Of a stretch of 64,000 bases of DNA, positions 51,320 through 59,554 are shown one piece after another. The stretch lies in assembly GCA_964571695.1 (NCBI GenBank), contig CAZNDG010000008.1:15492-79491 (forward strand). The letters run 5' to 3'. The notes under the pieces are model-generated. The model was not told the DNA's origin. It saw only the letters and a program-made list of their open reading frames with translations, and did not search any database. Each line of letters begins with the position of its first letter. Within the stretch, counting starts at the first letter, position 1. The DNA is from an uncultured Syntrophus sp. GTDB taxonomy: Bacteria > Desulfobacterota > Syntrophia > Syntrophales > UBA8958. Both the position numbers and the translations under genes were made by a program.

Positions 51320-52420
51320 ATGACGAAAAAAGGCGAAGCGGATGTGAGGTTGCTGGGGAGGATGGCGAATCTGGCGATTTCCTGCCTCACCGAGGAGGAG
51401 GTAGTCGCCGTTGCGGCCCGTTTCCTGCCGCAGCTTTTTCCCGGGGAATCCGGGGCGCTTTTTCTCCGTCCCGCCGCCGGGAAGGAGTATGAACCGGCGG
51501 CGTCCTGGGGCGAGGAGAGGGCATGGCATCCCTTTCCCGGCGCCGATTGCTGGTCCCTGCGCCGTCGCCGTCTCCATAGCGTCCGCCAGGGAAAGGACCA
51601 ACCCCTCTGCCCCCATTCCGATCACGATCCGGAGCGGTGGATTTCCCTCTGCATCCCCATGACGGCCCGGGAAGATGTCCTGGGTGTTTTCCACGTCCTG
51701 ATCCCGGTGGAAGAGGGCTCGGCCGGGAGTGGGGAAAGGCTTGGTGACCGGCAGCTTCCGGGTGGTAATCCGCGCCCGGCCGCGGATGCGGAGGTTTGGG
51801 AACCCGGCGGATCGGAAGCCTCCCTGGGTGAAGGGACGGATGAAAGGAGGCTGGCGGCCCTGACGGCGGATATCCTGACGATGATTTTCGTTAATCTCCG
51901 GCTGCGACGGCAGATCGACGATCTCTCCGTCCGGGATGCCCTGACGGGATGCTTCAACCGCCGCTATCTGGAGGACAGCCTTGCCAGGGAAATCAAGATC
52001 GTCCAGCGGACCCGGCGGCCTCTGGCGGTGGTCCTCATGGATATCGACCATTTCGGGCGGTTCACCGATGCCTTCGGTCATGGGGCGAGCAGCATGGCGC
52101 TCCGGGAACTGGGGGACTTTCTCCGGAAGAATGTCCGGGATACGGATCTGACCTGCCGCTACGGAGCCGATGAATTCGCCCTCTTGTTCCCCGACACGGA
52201 TCTGGCCGGCGCCCGGCGCCGGGCGGAACATCTTCACGCCATGCTTCGGGATCTCTCTCTCCATGGCGGCGGCTCCCACCTGCGCCGGATCACCCTGTCC
52301 ATGGGCGTTGCGGCCTATCCCGATCAGGGGGAAACGTGGGGAGATCTCATGGAGGCGGTGAAGGCCGCCTTGAAAAGGGCCAAGCAAGGCGGTCGGGATC
52401 GGGTCTGCGGCGGCGAGTAG
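51320..52420 (+). CDS. GAF-GGDEF protein with a degenerate A-site (GADEF)
   Basis: RDALTGCFNRRYL, MDIDHFGRFTDAFGH, RDTD-x5-GADEF (I-site RxxD retained; second Gly of GGDEF replaced by Ala). Confidence 0.75.
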   Translation: MTKKGEADVRLLGRMANLAISCLTEEEVVAVAARFLPQLFPGESGALFLRPAAGKEYEPAASWGEERAWHPFPGADCWSLRRRRLHSVRQGKDQPLCPHSDHDPERWISLCIPMTAREDVLGVFHVLIPVEEGSAGSGERLGDRQLPGGNPRPAADAEVWEPGGSEASLGEGTDERRLAALTADILTMIFVNLRLRRQIDDLSVRDALTGCFNRRYLEDSLAREIKIVQRTRRPLAVVLMDIDHFGRFTDAFGHGASSMALRELGDFLRKNVRDTDLTCRYGADEFALLFPDTDLAGARRRAEHLHAMLRDLSLHGGGSHLRRITLSMGVAAYPDQGETWGDLMEAVKAALKRAKQGGRDRVCGGE

Positions 52421-52526
52421 AGAATATGTCGCCGGCCCCGGCCCATGATCGCCGGCCGGGCGAGATGATTTACTTTTTACCGACAATCTGCCATATATAG
52501 CCCCGGTGAAGGGAGGGATGATGGGC

Positions 52527-53789
52527 ATGCGGGTCCTCATGTTCGGGTGGGAGTTTCCCCCCCTGGTCAGCGGCGGCCTGGGCACGGCCTGCCACGGAAT
52601 CACCCGGGCGCTTGCCCGGCTCGGCCACCAGTTGGTTTTTGTCATGCCCCAGGGCGAAGGCGCCGCGGCCTTTCCGGGGTTGACCATCGTTTCGGCGTCT
52701 GCGGTCCTCGGTGCGGCGGCCGCGGCCCGGTCTTTCCCGTCGGCGTCGGCCGATGCCCCCGACCCTTTGCCAATCCGCCTCGTTCTCCATCCATATCTGA
52801 CTGTTCGTCCCCCGAAAAACGGCGTCCCGGCGGCCCGGGAATGGCCGGCCGACAGCCTGCTGTCCGGCGCCGGCGGTTACGGGGCCGATCTTTTCACCGA
52901 GGTTGGCCGCTATGGCGAGGCGGGGGGTATCGTGGCCGCCCGGACGGGCTTCGAGGTCATTCACGGCCACGACTGGATGGCCGTTCCCGCCTGTCTGGCG
53001 GCCCGCCGCGTCTCCGGGCGACCCTTTGTCCTCCATATCCATTCCCTCGAATATGACCGGAGCGGCGCGGGGGTCAACAGCGAGATCTGCGCCTTGGAAC
53101 GCCGGGGATTGGAGGCGGCCGACCGGGTCATTGCGGTCAGTAATTACACGAAGGAGATGATCGTCCGGCACTATGGGATCGCCCGGGAGAAGATCGCCGT
53201 GGTGCATAACGCCGTGACGGCGGCGGAGGGGAGAAAGGCCTATGGCGTCCCCGCCGGAGACGGAGAAAAGCGGGTCCTTTTCCTGGGGCGGATCACCTTT
53301 CAGAAGGGGCCGGAATACTTTGTCGAGGCCGCCGCCCGGGTCCTCAAGGAGATGCCAGAGACCACCTTTATTATGGCCGGCTCCGGGGATATGATGCCGG
53401 AGATGGTGGAAAAGGTTGCCGAACTTAAGATCGGCAGGCGTTTTCATTTCACCGGCTTCCTCCAGGGCCGGCAGGTGGAGGAGGCCTTTGCCGGTGCGGA
53501 TCTCTATGTGATGCCCAGTGTCTCCGAGCCCTTCGGGATCGCCCCCCTGGAGGCGATGATGTACGACGTTCCCGTGATCGTTTCCCGGCAGTCCGGGGTG
53601 GCCGAGGTCCTGAAACACGCCCTGAAGGTGGATTTTTGGGATGTGGACGCCCTGGCCGAAAAGATGATCGCCATCCTTAAATATCCGCCGCTGGCGGGGG
53701 AGATGGTCGTCCGGGGCCGGGAGGAACTACGGGGACTGCGCTGGGAAGCCGTGGCCCGGAAGATTGTTGCCGTGTACAAGTCGTTATGA
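52527..53789 (+). CDS. GT4-type glycosyltransferase, glycogen-synthase-like
   Basis: MRVLMFGWEFPPLVSGGLGTAC N-terminus; C-terminal GT-B motif (MPSVSEPFGIAPLEAM). ATG 52527 lies 9 nt after GGGAGGG. Confidence 0.7.
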   Translation: MRVLMFGWEFPPLVSGGLGTACHGITRALARLGHQLVFVMPQGEGAAAFPGLTIVSASAVLGAAAAARSFPSASADAPDPLPIRLVLHPYLTVRPPKNGVPAAREWPADSLLSGAGGYGADLFTEVGRYGEAGGIVAARTGFEVIHGHDWMAVPACLAARRVSGRPFVLHIHSLEYDRSGAGVNSEICALERRGLEAADRVIAVSNYTKEMIVRHYGIAREKIAVVHNAVTAAEGRKAYGVPAGDGEKRVLFLGRITFQKGPEYFVEAAARVLKEMPETTFIMAGSGDMMPEMVEKVAELKIGRRFHFTGFLQGRQVEEAFAGADLYVMPSVSEPFGIAPLEAMMYDVPVIVSRQSGVAEVLKHALKVDFWDVDALAEKMIAILKYPPLAGEMVVRGREELRGLRWEAVARKIVAVYKSL

Positions 53790-53976
53790 TCTGTCGTCCG
53801 TGTCCCGACTCCCATGTCCATTTCCACCGGGAGGAGGAGGTTATTCGTGAGTGAATACGGAGAGAAAAGTCGGCAGGCCCGTCTGAGGGAACCGACGATT
53901 CACCCGGCGGGTGGCGGGTGGCGCCGGGGCGCGGTGGCCAACCGATACACGGCGCGCCTCCGGCGGGGATGAATGC

Positions 53977-55167
53977 ATGACCGCCGTTTGCCTTTACTTT
54001 CAGGTCCACCAACCCCGACGCCTGCGGCGCTATCCGGCGTTCGCGATCGGGCGGGAGCATGATTACGAAGATGAGGCCGGCAACAGGAAGATTTTGGACA
54101 AAGTCGTCGATAAGTGCTATCTTCCCGCCAATGACCTCCTTTTCAGGCTGATCGATCGGCACGGAGGGAAGTTCCGCCTGTCCTTCTCCATAACGGGGGT
54201 GCTTCTCGATCAACTGGAGCGTTTTCATCCGGAGGTCATAAAGAGCTTTCAAGCGCTTGCCGGGACGGGATGCGTGGAGTTTCTCAACGAGACCTATTAT
54301 CATTCCCTGGCCTTTTTATACAGCGATGGGGAATTCCGCGGCCAGGTTGACCGGCACCGCCGGTGGATCGCGGAGCTCTTCGGCCAGGAGGGAGAGACAT
54401 TTCGCGCCACGGAGCTGATCTACAGCGACGACCTGGCGGCGGCTGCGGCGGAGATGGGGTACCGGGCGATCCTTGCCGAAGGGGCGGCGGCCGTCCTGGG
54501 GCCGGGGGATCCGAACCGGGTTTACGAGGCGGCCGTCGCCGGGGAAATCCGTGTATTGCCTCGCAATTACCGACTTTCCGACGACATTTCCTTCCGCTTT
54601 TCCCGGCGAGGCTGGGAGGGTTACCCCCTGACCGCGGAAAAGTACGCCCACTGGCTTCACGGGCTGCAAGGTCCGGAGGCCGTGATCAACCTGTTCATGG
54701 ACTATGAGACCTGGGGCGAGCATCAATGGCGGGAGACGGGGATCTTCTCCTTTCTGAAAGCGCTGCCGGGGGAAATCCTCGCCGGGGCGGATTTCGCCTT
54801 CGTGACGCCCCGGGAGGCGGCGGCCCGGAAGCCGGCGGGAGTGCTGTCCGTGCCGGGGTTCTGTTCCTGGGCCGACACGGAACGGGACCTTACGGCCTGG
54901 CGGGGCAATGCCATGCAGCGGGATGCACTGGAGTCCCTTTACGGGCTGGAGGAGGCGGTGGCGGCAAAGGGGGACCGGGACCTGGCGGAGCAGTGGCGGC
55001 GGCTCCAGACCTCGGACCATTTCTATTATATGTGTACGAAATGGTGCGCCGACGGGGATGTGCACAGGTATTTCAACCCCTATCCGTCCCCCTATGACGC
55101 CTACATCAACTACATGAATATCCTGGACGATTTTTCCAGGAGGGTGGGAAAGGAAAAAGGATCATGA
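53977..55167 (+). CDS. GH57-family glycoside hydrolase (alpha-amylase/AmyC-like)
   Basis: CLYFQVHQPRRLR N-terminus, WGEHQW and a (beta/alpha)7-type pattern. Trimmed to ATG 53977. Confidence 0.7.
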   Translation: MTAVCLYFQVHQPRRLRRYPAFAIGREHDYEDEAGNRKILDKVVDKCYLPANDLLFRLIDRHGGKFRLSFSITGVLLDQLERFHPEVIKSFQALAGTGCVEFLNETYYHSLAFLYSDGEFRGQVDRHRRWIAELFGQEGETFRATELIYSDDLAAAAAEMGYRAILAEGAAAVLGPGDPNRVYEAAVAGEIRVLPRNYRLSDDISFRFSRRGWEGYPLTAEKYAHWLHGLQGPEAVINLFMDYETWGEHQWRETGIFSFLKALPGEILAGADFAFVTPREAAARKPAGVLSVPGFCSWADTERDLTAWRGNAMQRDALESLYGLEEAVAAKGDRDLAEQWRRLQTSDHFYYMCTKWCADGDVHRYFNPYPSPYDAYINYMNILDDFSRRVGKEKGS

Positions 55168-58100
55168 CGGAAGTCCGCGACGGTTATCTGTTCGAGGTGA
55201 GCTGGGAGGTCTGCAACAAGGTTGGCGGCATCTACACCGTGATCGCCAGCAAACTGCGGGAGGCGCTGAATGTCTATGGGGACCGCTATATCCTCTTGGG
55301 GCCCGATCTGAAGACCAATGTGGATTTCGAGGAGACCGACGAGGACTGCTGGGCGAAGATAAGAGAAGGGACGGCGATCAAGGATATCCCCTGTCGCTTC
55401 GGCCGGTGGAAAATATCCGGGGAGCCCAAGGCGATTCTGGTGAGCGCCGGCAAGAAATATGACAAGGACCAGCTCCTGTTTCGGCTCTGGGAGGCCTTTG
55501 GCGTCGATTCCATCGCCGGCGGCTGGGATTACGTCGAACCCGTCATGTTCAGCTTTGCCTGTGGGGAGGTCATCGAGACGATCTACAACCTTGCCGTCCG
55601 CCCCTACAACCTTGCCGCCGTCGCCCACTTTCACGAGTGGATGACCGGCGCCGGTCTGCTCTATCTGAAAAAGCGCGTTCCCGAGGCGGGAACGGTGTTT
55701 ACGACCCATGCCACGATCCTCGGCCGTTCCCTTGCCGGGGCCGGGGTGGACATCTACGGGATGATGGAACATCTCGCCCCCCAGCGGGAGGCGAGCGCCC
55801 ACAACATAACCGCCAAATATTCCATGGAAGCAGTCACGGCCCGGGAGGCCGACTGCTTCACCACGGTGAGCGAGATCACCGCCGCCGAGGCGAAGAACTT
55901 CCTCTCCCGGACCCCCGATGTCATCACCCCCAATGCCCTGGATATGGAGAACATTCACGACTACGCCCTTTCCCGGGCGCCCGCGGAACGTTCCCGGGAG
56001 AAGCTCCTTGCCGCGGCGGCCCGGTTTCTCCGCCGTGAGCTTCCCGAAGAGACAAGGATACTGATCATTTCCGGGCGCTACGAGTATCACAACAAGGGAA
56101 TCGACATCTTCCTCGAGGCGTTGGGACGCCTGGAGAAGGAGGGCCGCGGCGGACCCAACGTGCTGGCCCTCCTGTTCGTTCTGGGGGGCTACACGGATCT
56201 GATTCCCGCCCTGCGGGACGATGCGGGACGCTGTGAAACAGGCAAGTTTCCCCTGGCGACTCACCGCCTCCACAACGAAGGGGCGGATCCCATTCTGCAG
56301 GCCTGCAACCGCCTGGGCTTGACGAACCAGCCGGGGGGCAAGGTACAGGTCGTCTTCAATCCCGCTTATCTCAACGGTCATGACGGCCTCATCAACATGT
56401 CCTACTATGATGCCCTGTCCGGTTGCGACCTGGGGGTATTTCCGTCCTACTACGAGCCCTGGGGCTACACCCCCCTGGAAAGCGTCGCCTATGGGGTCCC
56501 CACCGTCACCACGGATCAGGCGGGTTTCGGCCTCTGGTGCGAACGGACCTGCGGGGAGAACGGGGGGGTGATGCTGTTGCAGCGACGCGGCCGGCCGCGC
56601 CCGTCCATAGAGGATCATCTCTTCCGGATCGTCGGCGATTTTCTGGACTGGACGCCCGAGGAGATGGCGGCCCGCCGCCGGAGCGCCCGCGAGGTAGCCC
56701 TGCGGGCCAATTGGCGCGATTTTTTTGATTATTATTTGCAGGCCTACGACCAGGCGGGAAGCCGAGCCCTGAACCGGGCGGAGCAAGCGGCCGCAAAGGC
56801 GGAACGGGCCGAAGTCCGGCATGTGTATGCCGGCGCCGTTTCCGCCCAGCCCCACTTTCGTTCCTTCACCGCCGTGGCTAATCTCCCCGAGCAGATCATC
56901 CGACTCCGGGAGCTGGCCTACAATCTCTGGTGGACCTGGAACCCCCGGGCTTTGGATCTCTTTGCCACCCTCGATTTGAAGCTCTGGGCGGAGATGGGCA
57001 ACAACCCGGTGCGGATGCTGGAAACGGTTTCCCCGGACATCCTGCGGGAAGCGGCGGCCAACGCCAGCTATCTGGACCTGTATAATCGGATAATGCAGCA
57101 ATTCGACGACTACCTGGGGGAGAAGGGACCCCGGCGGCGCCTGCCCGCGACGGCGGGACTCCGCTGGGCATCGCCGGTGGCCTATTTTTCCGCCGAATAC
57201 GGGCTCCACGAATGCCTCCCCATCTATTCGGGAGGACTGGGGACCCTGTCGGGAGACCATCTCAAGACGGCGAGCGATCTCAATCTGCCCCTGGTGGCCG
57301 TGGGACTTCTCTACAAGAACGGTTATTTCCGCCAGGTCATAGACGAGCAGGGCCGCCAGACGGAGGCATACCCGGAAAACGATTTCTCCAGCATGCCCGT
57401 CCGGATCGTCCAGGACGACAAGGGGAATGAGGTGCAGATCGCCATCGATCTGCCCGGGCGGACCCTCTTTGCCAATATCTGGGAGGTAAAGGTGGGCAAG
57501 GTTTCCCTCTATCTCCTGGACACCGATGTGCCGCGCAACACCCAGCAGGACCGGGCGATCACCGCCCGGCTTTACAGCGCCGATCAAAAGACGCGGATCG
57601 AGCAGGAGATCCTCCTTGGGGTGGGGGGGGCGCGGCTCCTCAAAAAGCTGGGAATCAGGCCCCGGGTTTATCATATCAACGAGGGGCATTCGGCCTTTCT
57701 CATCTTCGAGCGAATCGAATCCCTGATGCACGAGGAAGGTTTGACCTTCGAAGAAGCGGCGGAGGTGGTGCGGGCCAGCAGCGTCTTTACGACCCACACC
57801 CCCGTGGAAGCGGGCAACGAACGCTTTTCCCGGGAGATCATGGAGCATTACTTTTCCGGATTCATCAAACGCTCGGGGCTTTCGTGGGCGCAGTTCTGGG
57901 AACTGGGACGCCGCGACGGCGGGGAGGAGAAAAACTTCTTCATGAATATCCTTGCCTTCAAGATGACCATCCGCAGCAATGCCGTCAGTCTGGTCCACGG
58001 CCAGGTCTCCCGGCGCATGTGGCGGGATGTCTGGAAAGGCTTCGACGATACGGACATCCCCATCCGCCACATAACCAACGGCGTCCATGTCCTTTCCTAT

Positions 58101-59420
58101 CTTGCCCCCCGGATGAGGAATCTCCTCGACGCCTACCTGGGGATAGACTGGGAAAAGAACCTTCCCGACGGCGAGCGGTGGAGCCGCGTTCAGGATATCC
58201 CCGACGCCTTGCTCTGGCGGGTGCGCTATGAACTGAAACAGAAGACCATCGACCTGATCCGGGAAGACATCTCCAAGGGGGGGGCAAAGTATGGCACGGC
58301 CCATGTCTGGCGGGAGGAGCTATTTGCCAGATTGAATCCCGGGGCGCTGATGATCGGCATTGCCCGGCGTTTTGCCCCCTACAAGCGGGCGGATATGATC
58401 CTCGCGGACCTGGATCGTCTGGACCGGATCGTCAACCATCCCCACCGGCCCGTCCATCTGGTGTTTGCCGGCAAGGCCCACCCCAACGACGGCGTCGGCA
58501 AGCAGCTTGTGGAAAAGGTCGTGGGGATCTGCCGGGACGACCGCTTCCGGGGGCGGATCTTCTTCCTGGAGAATTACGACATACGGGTCGCCCGCCATCT
58601 GGTCCAGGGCGTCGATCTGTGGCTCAACAACCCCCGCCGCCCCCTCGAGGCCAGCGGGACCAGTGGCATGAAGGTGGTGATCAACGGCGTCCTCAATATG
58701 AGCGTTTCCGACGGCTGGTGGGTGGAGGGATACAACGGCGCCAACGGCTGGACGATCGGACCCGTGCTAAAGGGATATGAGGACCCCCCCCCCGATGCCG
58801 ATTTGGAAGACGGTCAGTCCCTCTACAATATCCTGGAAAATATGGTGATACCGGCATTTTACGATCGAGATGCCGCGGGTATTCCGGTCAAATGGCTGGC
58901 GGCGGTGAAACAATCCATGCAATTCCTGGCCCCCCAATTCAATACCGACCGGATGATCCAGGAGTATCTCCGGGACGTGTATGAGCCGGCGGCCCAACGG
59001 GAGAGCGAACTTGCCGCCGAGGGATATGCCCTGGCCCGGCGGCTGGCCGATTGGAAAGGTAAGCTCCCCATGCGTTTTTCTTCCCTCAATCTCATCGACG
59101 TGAGCGTCGAGGGGATTCACGGCGATACGGTCATGGTGGATCAGCCCCTGAAGATCAGCGCCCGGATCGATCCCGGCAAGCTGGCGCCGGAGGAGATCCG
59201 GGTGGAGATAATGATCGGCCGCCGGAACGGCCACGATTTTGTCCGGCCTCCGGATTGCGTCCCCTTGAAAATTGCCGGAAGATCCCCGGAAGGGGTCCTC
59301 ACCTTCTCCACGGAGTATATTGTAAGGGAGAACGGCCTGTACAATTACGGTCTCCGGGTTATCCCCCGGCACGAGCACCTGGCCTCGAAACTGGAGACGG
59401 GGCTTATTCTGTGGGGATAG
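55164..59420 (+). CDS. fusion protein: GT3 (eukaryote-type) glycogen synthase N-half plus DUF3417/GT35 alpha-glucan phosphorylase C-half
   Basis: N-half: FEVSWEVCNKVGGIYTVI and YYEPWGYTPLES. C-half: NLWWTWNP, YFSAEYGLHECLPIYSGGLGTLSGDHLK and the PLP-lysine motif EASGTSGMK. One uninterrupted 1418-aa frame; ATGA overlap with GH57. Confidence 0.8.
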   Translation: MTEVRDGYLFEVSWEVCNKVGGIYTVIASKLREALNVYGDRYILLGPDLKTNVDFEETDEDCWAKIREGTAIKDIPCRFGRWKISGEPKAILVSAGKKYDKDQLLFRLWEAFGVDSIAGGWDYVEPVMFSFACGEVIETIYNLAVRPYNLAAVAHFHEWMTGAGLLYLKKRVPEAGTVFTTHATILGRSLAGAGVDIYGMMEHLAPQREASAHNITAKYSMEAVTAREADCFTTVSEITAAEAKNFLSRTPDVITPNALDMENIHDYALSRAPAERSREKLLAAAARFLRRELPEETRILIISGRYEYHNKGIDIFLEALGRLEKEGRGGPNVLALLFVLGGYTDLIPALRDDAGRCETGKFPLATHRLHNEGADPILQACNRLGLTNQPGGKVQVVFNPAYLNGHDGLINMSYYDALSGCDLGVFPSYYEPWGYTPLESVAYGVPTVTTDQAGFGLWCERTCGENGGVMLLQRRGRPRPSIEDHLFRIVGDFLDWTPEEMAARRRSAREVALRANWRDFFDYYLQAYDQAGSRALNRAEQAAAKAERAEVRHVYAGAVSAQPHFRSFTAVANLPEQIIRLRELAYNLWWTWNPRALDLFATLDLKLWAEMGNNPVRMLETVSPDILREAAANASYLDLYNRIMQQFDDYLGEKGPRRRLPATAGLRWASPVAYFSAEYGLHECLPIYSGGLGTLSGDHLKTASDLNLPLVAVGLLYKNGYFRQVIDEQGRQTEAYPENDFSSMPVRIVQDDKGNEVQIAIDLPGRTLFANIWEVKVGKVSLYLLDTDVPRNTQQDRAITARLYSADQKTRIEQEILLGVGGARLLKKLGIRPRVYHINEGHSAFLIFERIESLMHEEGLTFEEAAEVVRASSVFTTHTPVEAGNERFSREIMEHYFSGFIKRSGLSWAQFWELGRRDGGEEKNFFMNILAFKMTIRSNAVSLVHGQVSRRMWRDVWKGFDDTDIPIRHITNGVHVLSYLAPRMRNLLDAYLGIDWEKNLPDGERWSRVQDIPDALLWRVRYELKQKTIDLIREDISKGGAKYGTAHVWREELFARLNPGALMIGIARRFAPYKRADMILADLDRLDRIVNHPHRPVHLVFAGKAHPNDGVGKQLVEKVVGICRDDRFRGRIFFLENYDIRVARHLVQGVDLWLNNPRRPLEASGTSGMKVVINGVLNMSVSDGWWVEGYNGANGWTIGPVLKGYEDPPPDADLEDGQSLYNILENMVIPAFYDRDAAGIPVKWLAAVKQSMQFLAPQFNTDRMIQEYLRDVYEPAAQRESELAAEGYALARRLADWKGKLPMRFSSLNLIDVSVEGIHGDTVMVDQPLKISARIDPGKLAPEEIRVEIMIGRRNGHDFVRPPDCVPLKIAGRSPEGVLTFSTEYIVRENGLYNYGLRVIPRHEHLASKLETGLILWG

Positions 59421-59554
59421 CCGCGACTCGGCGGGTGAAGTTGCCTTATATGGACTTTTTTGTGTTTTCGTCATTATGGTTCTTTGATCTTTTCGGGGCT
59501 GCCGGCGGAATGAGGCGGATGACAGCGAGATCTTGAAAGGGGGTTAGCCAAGGC

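Noticed and set aside
50180-52687. 835-aa ORF on the minus strand
   Set aside because: It is antisense to the metallophosphoesterase and GAF-GGDEF genes, both of which have clear motifs. Its composition is low-complexity and Arg/Gly/Pro-rich.
53847-53972. 41-codon GTG ORF with a strong GGAGGAGGAGG SD between the GT4 and GH57 genes
   Set aside because: The peptide is Arg/Gly-rich with no hydrophobic or conserved character, and the region is GC-rich, where such ORFs arise by chance. It could be a uORF, but nothing beyond the SD supports that.
55110-58304. 1064-aa ORF on the minus strand
   Set aside because: It is entirely antisense to the GT3-GT35 gene, whose frame carries several strong family motifs. 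Its translation is Gly/Arg/Pro/Val-rich with no recognisable motif. This is the typical shadow ORF of GC-rich DNA.
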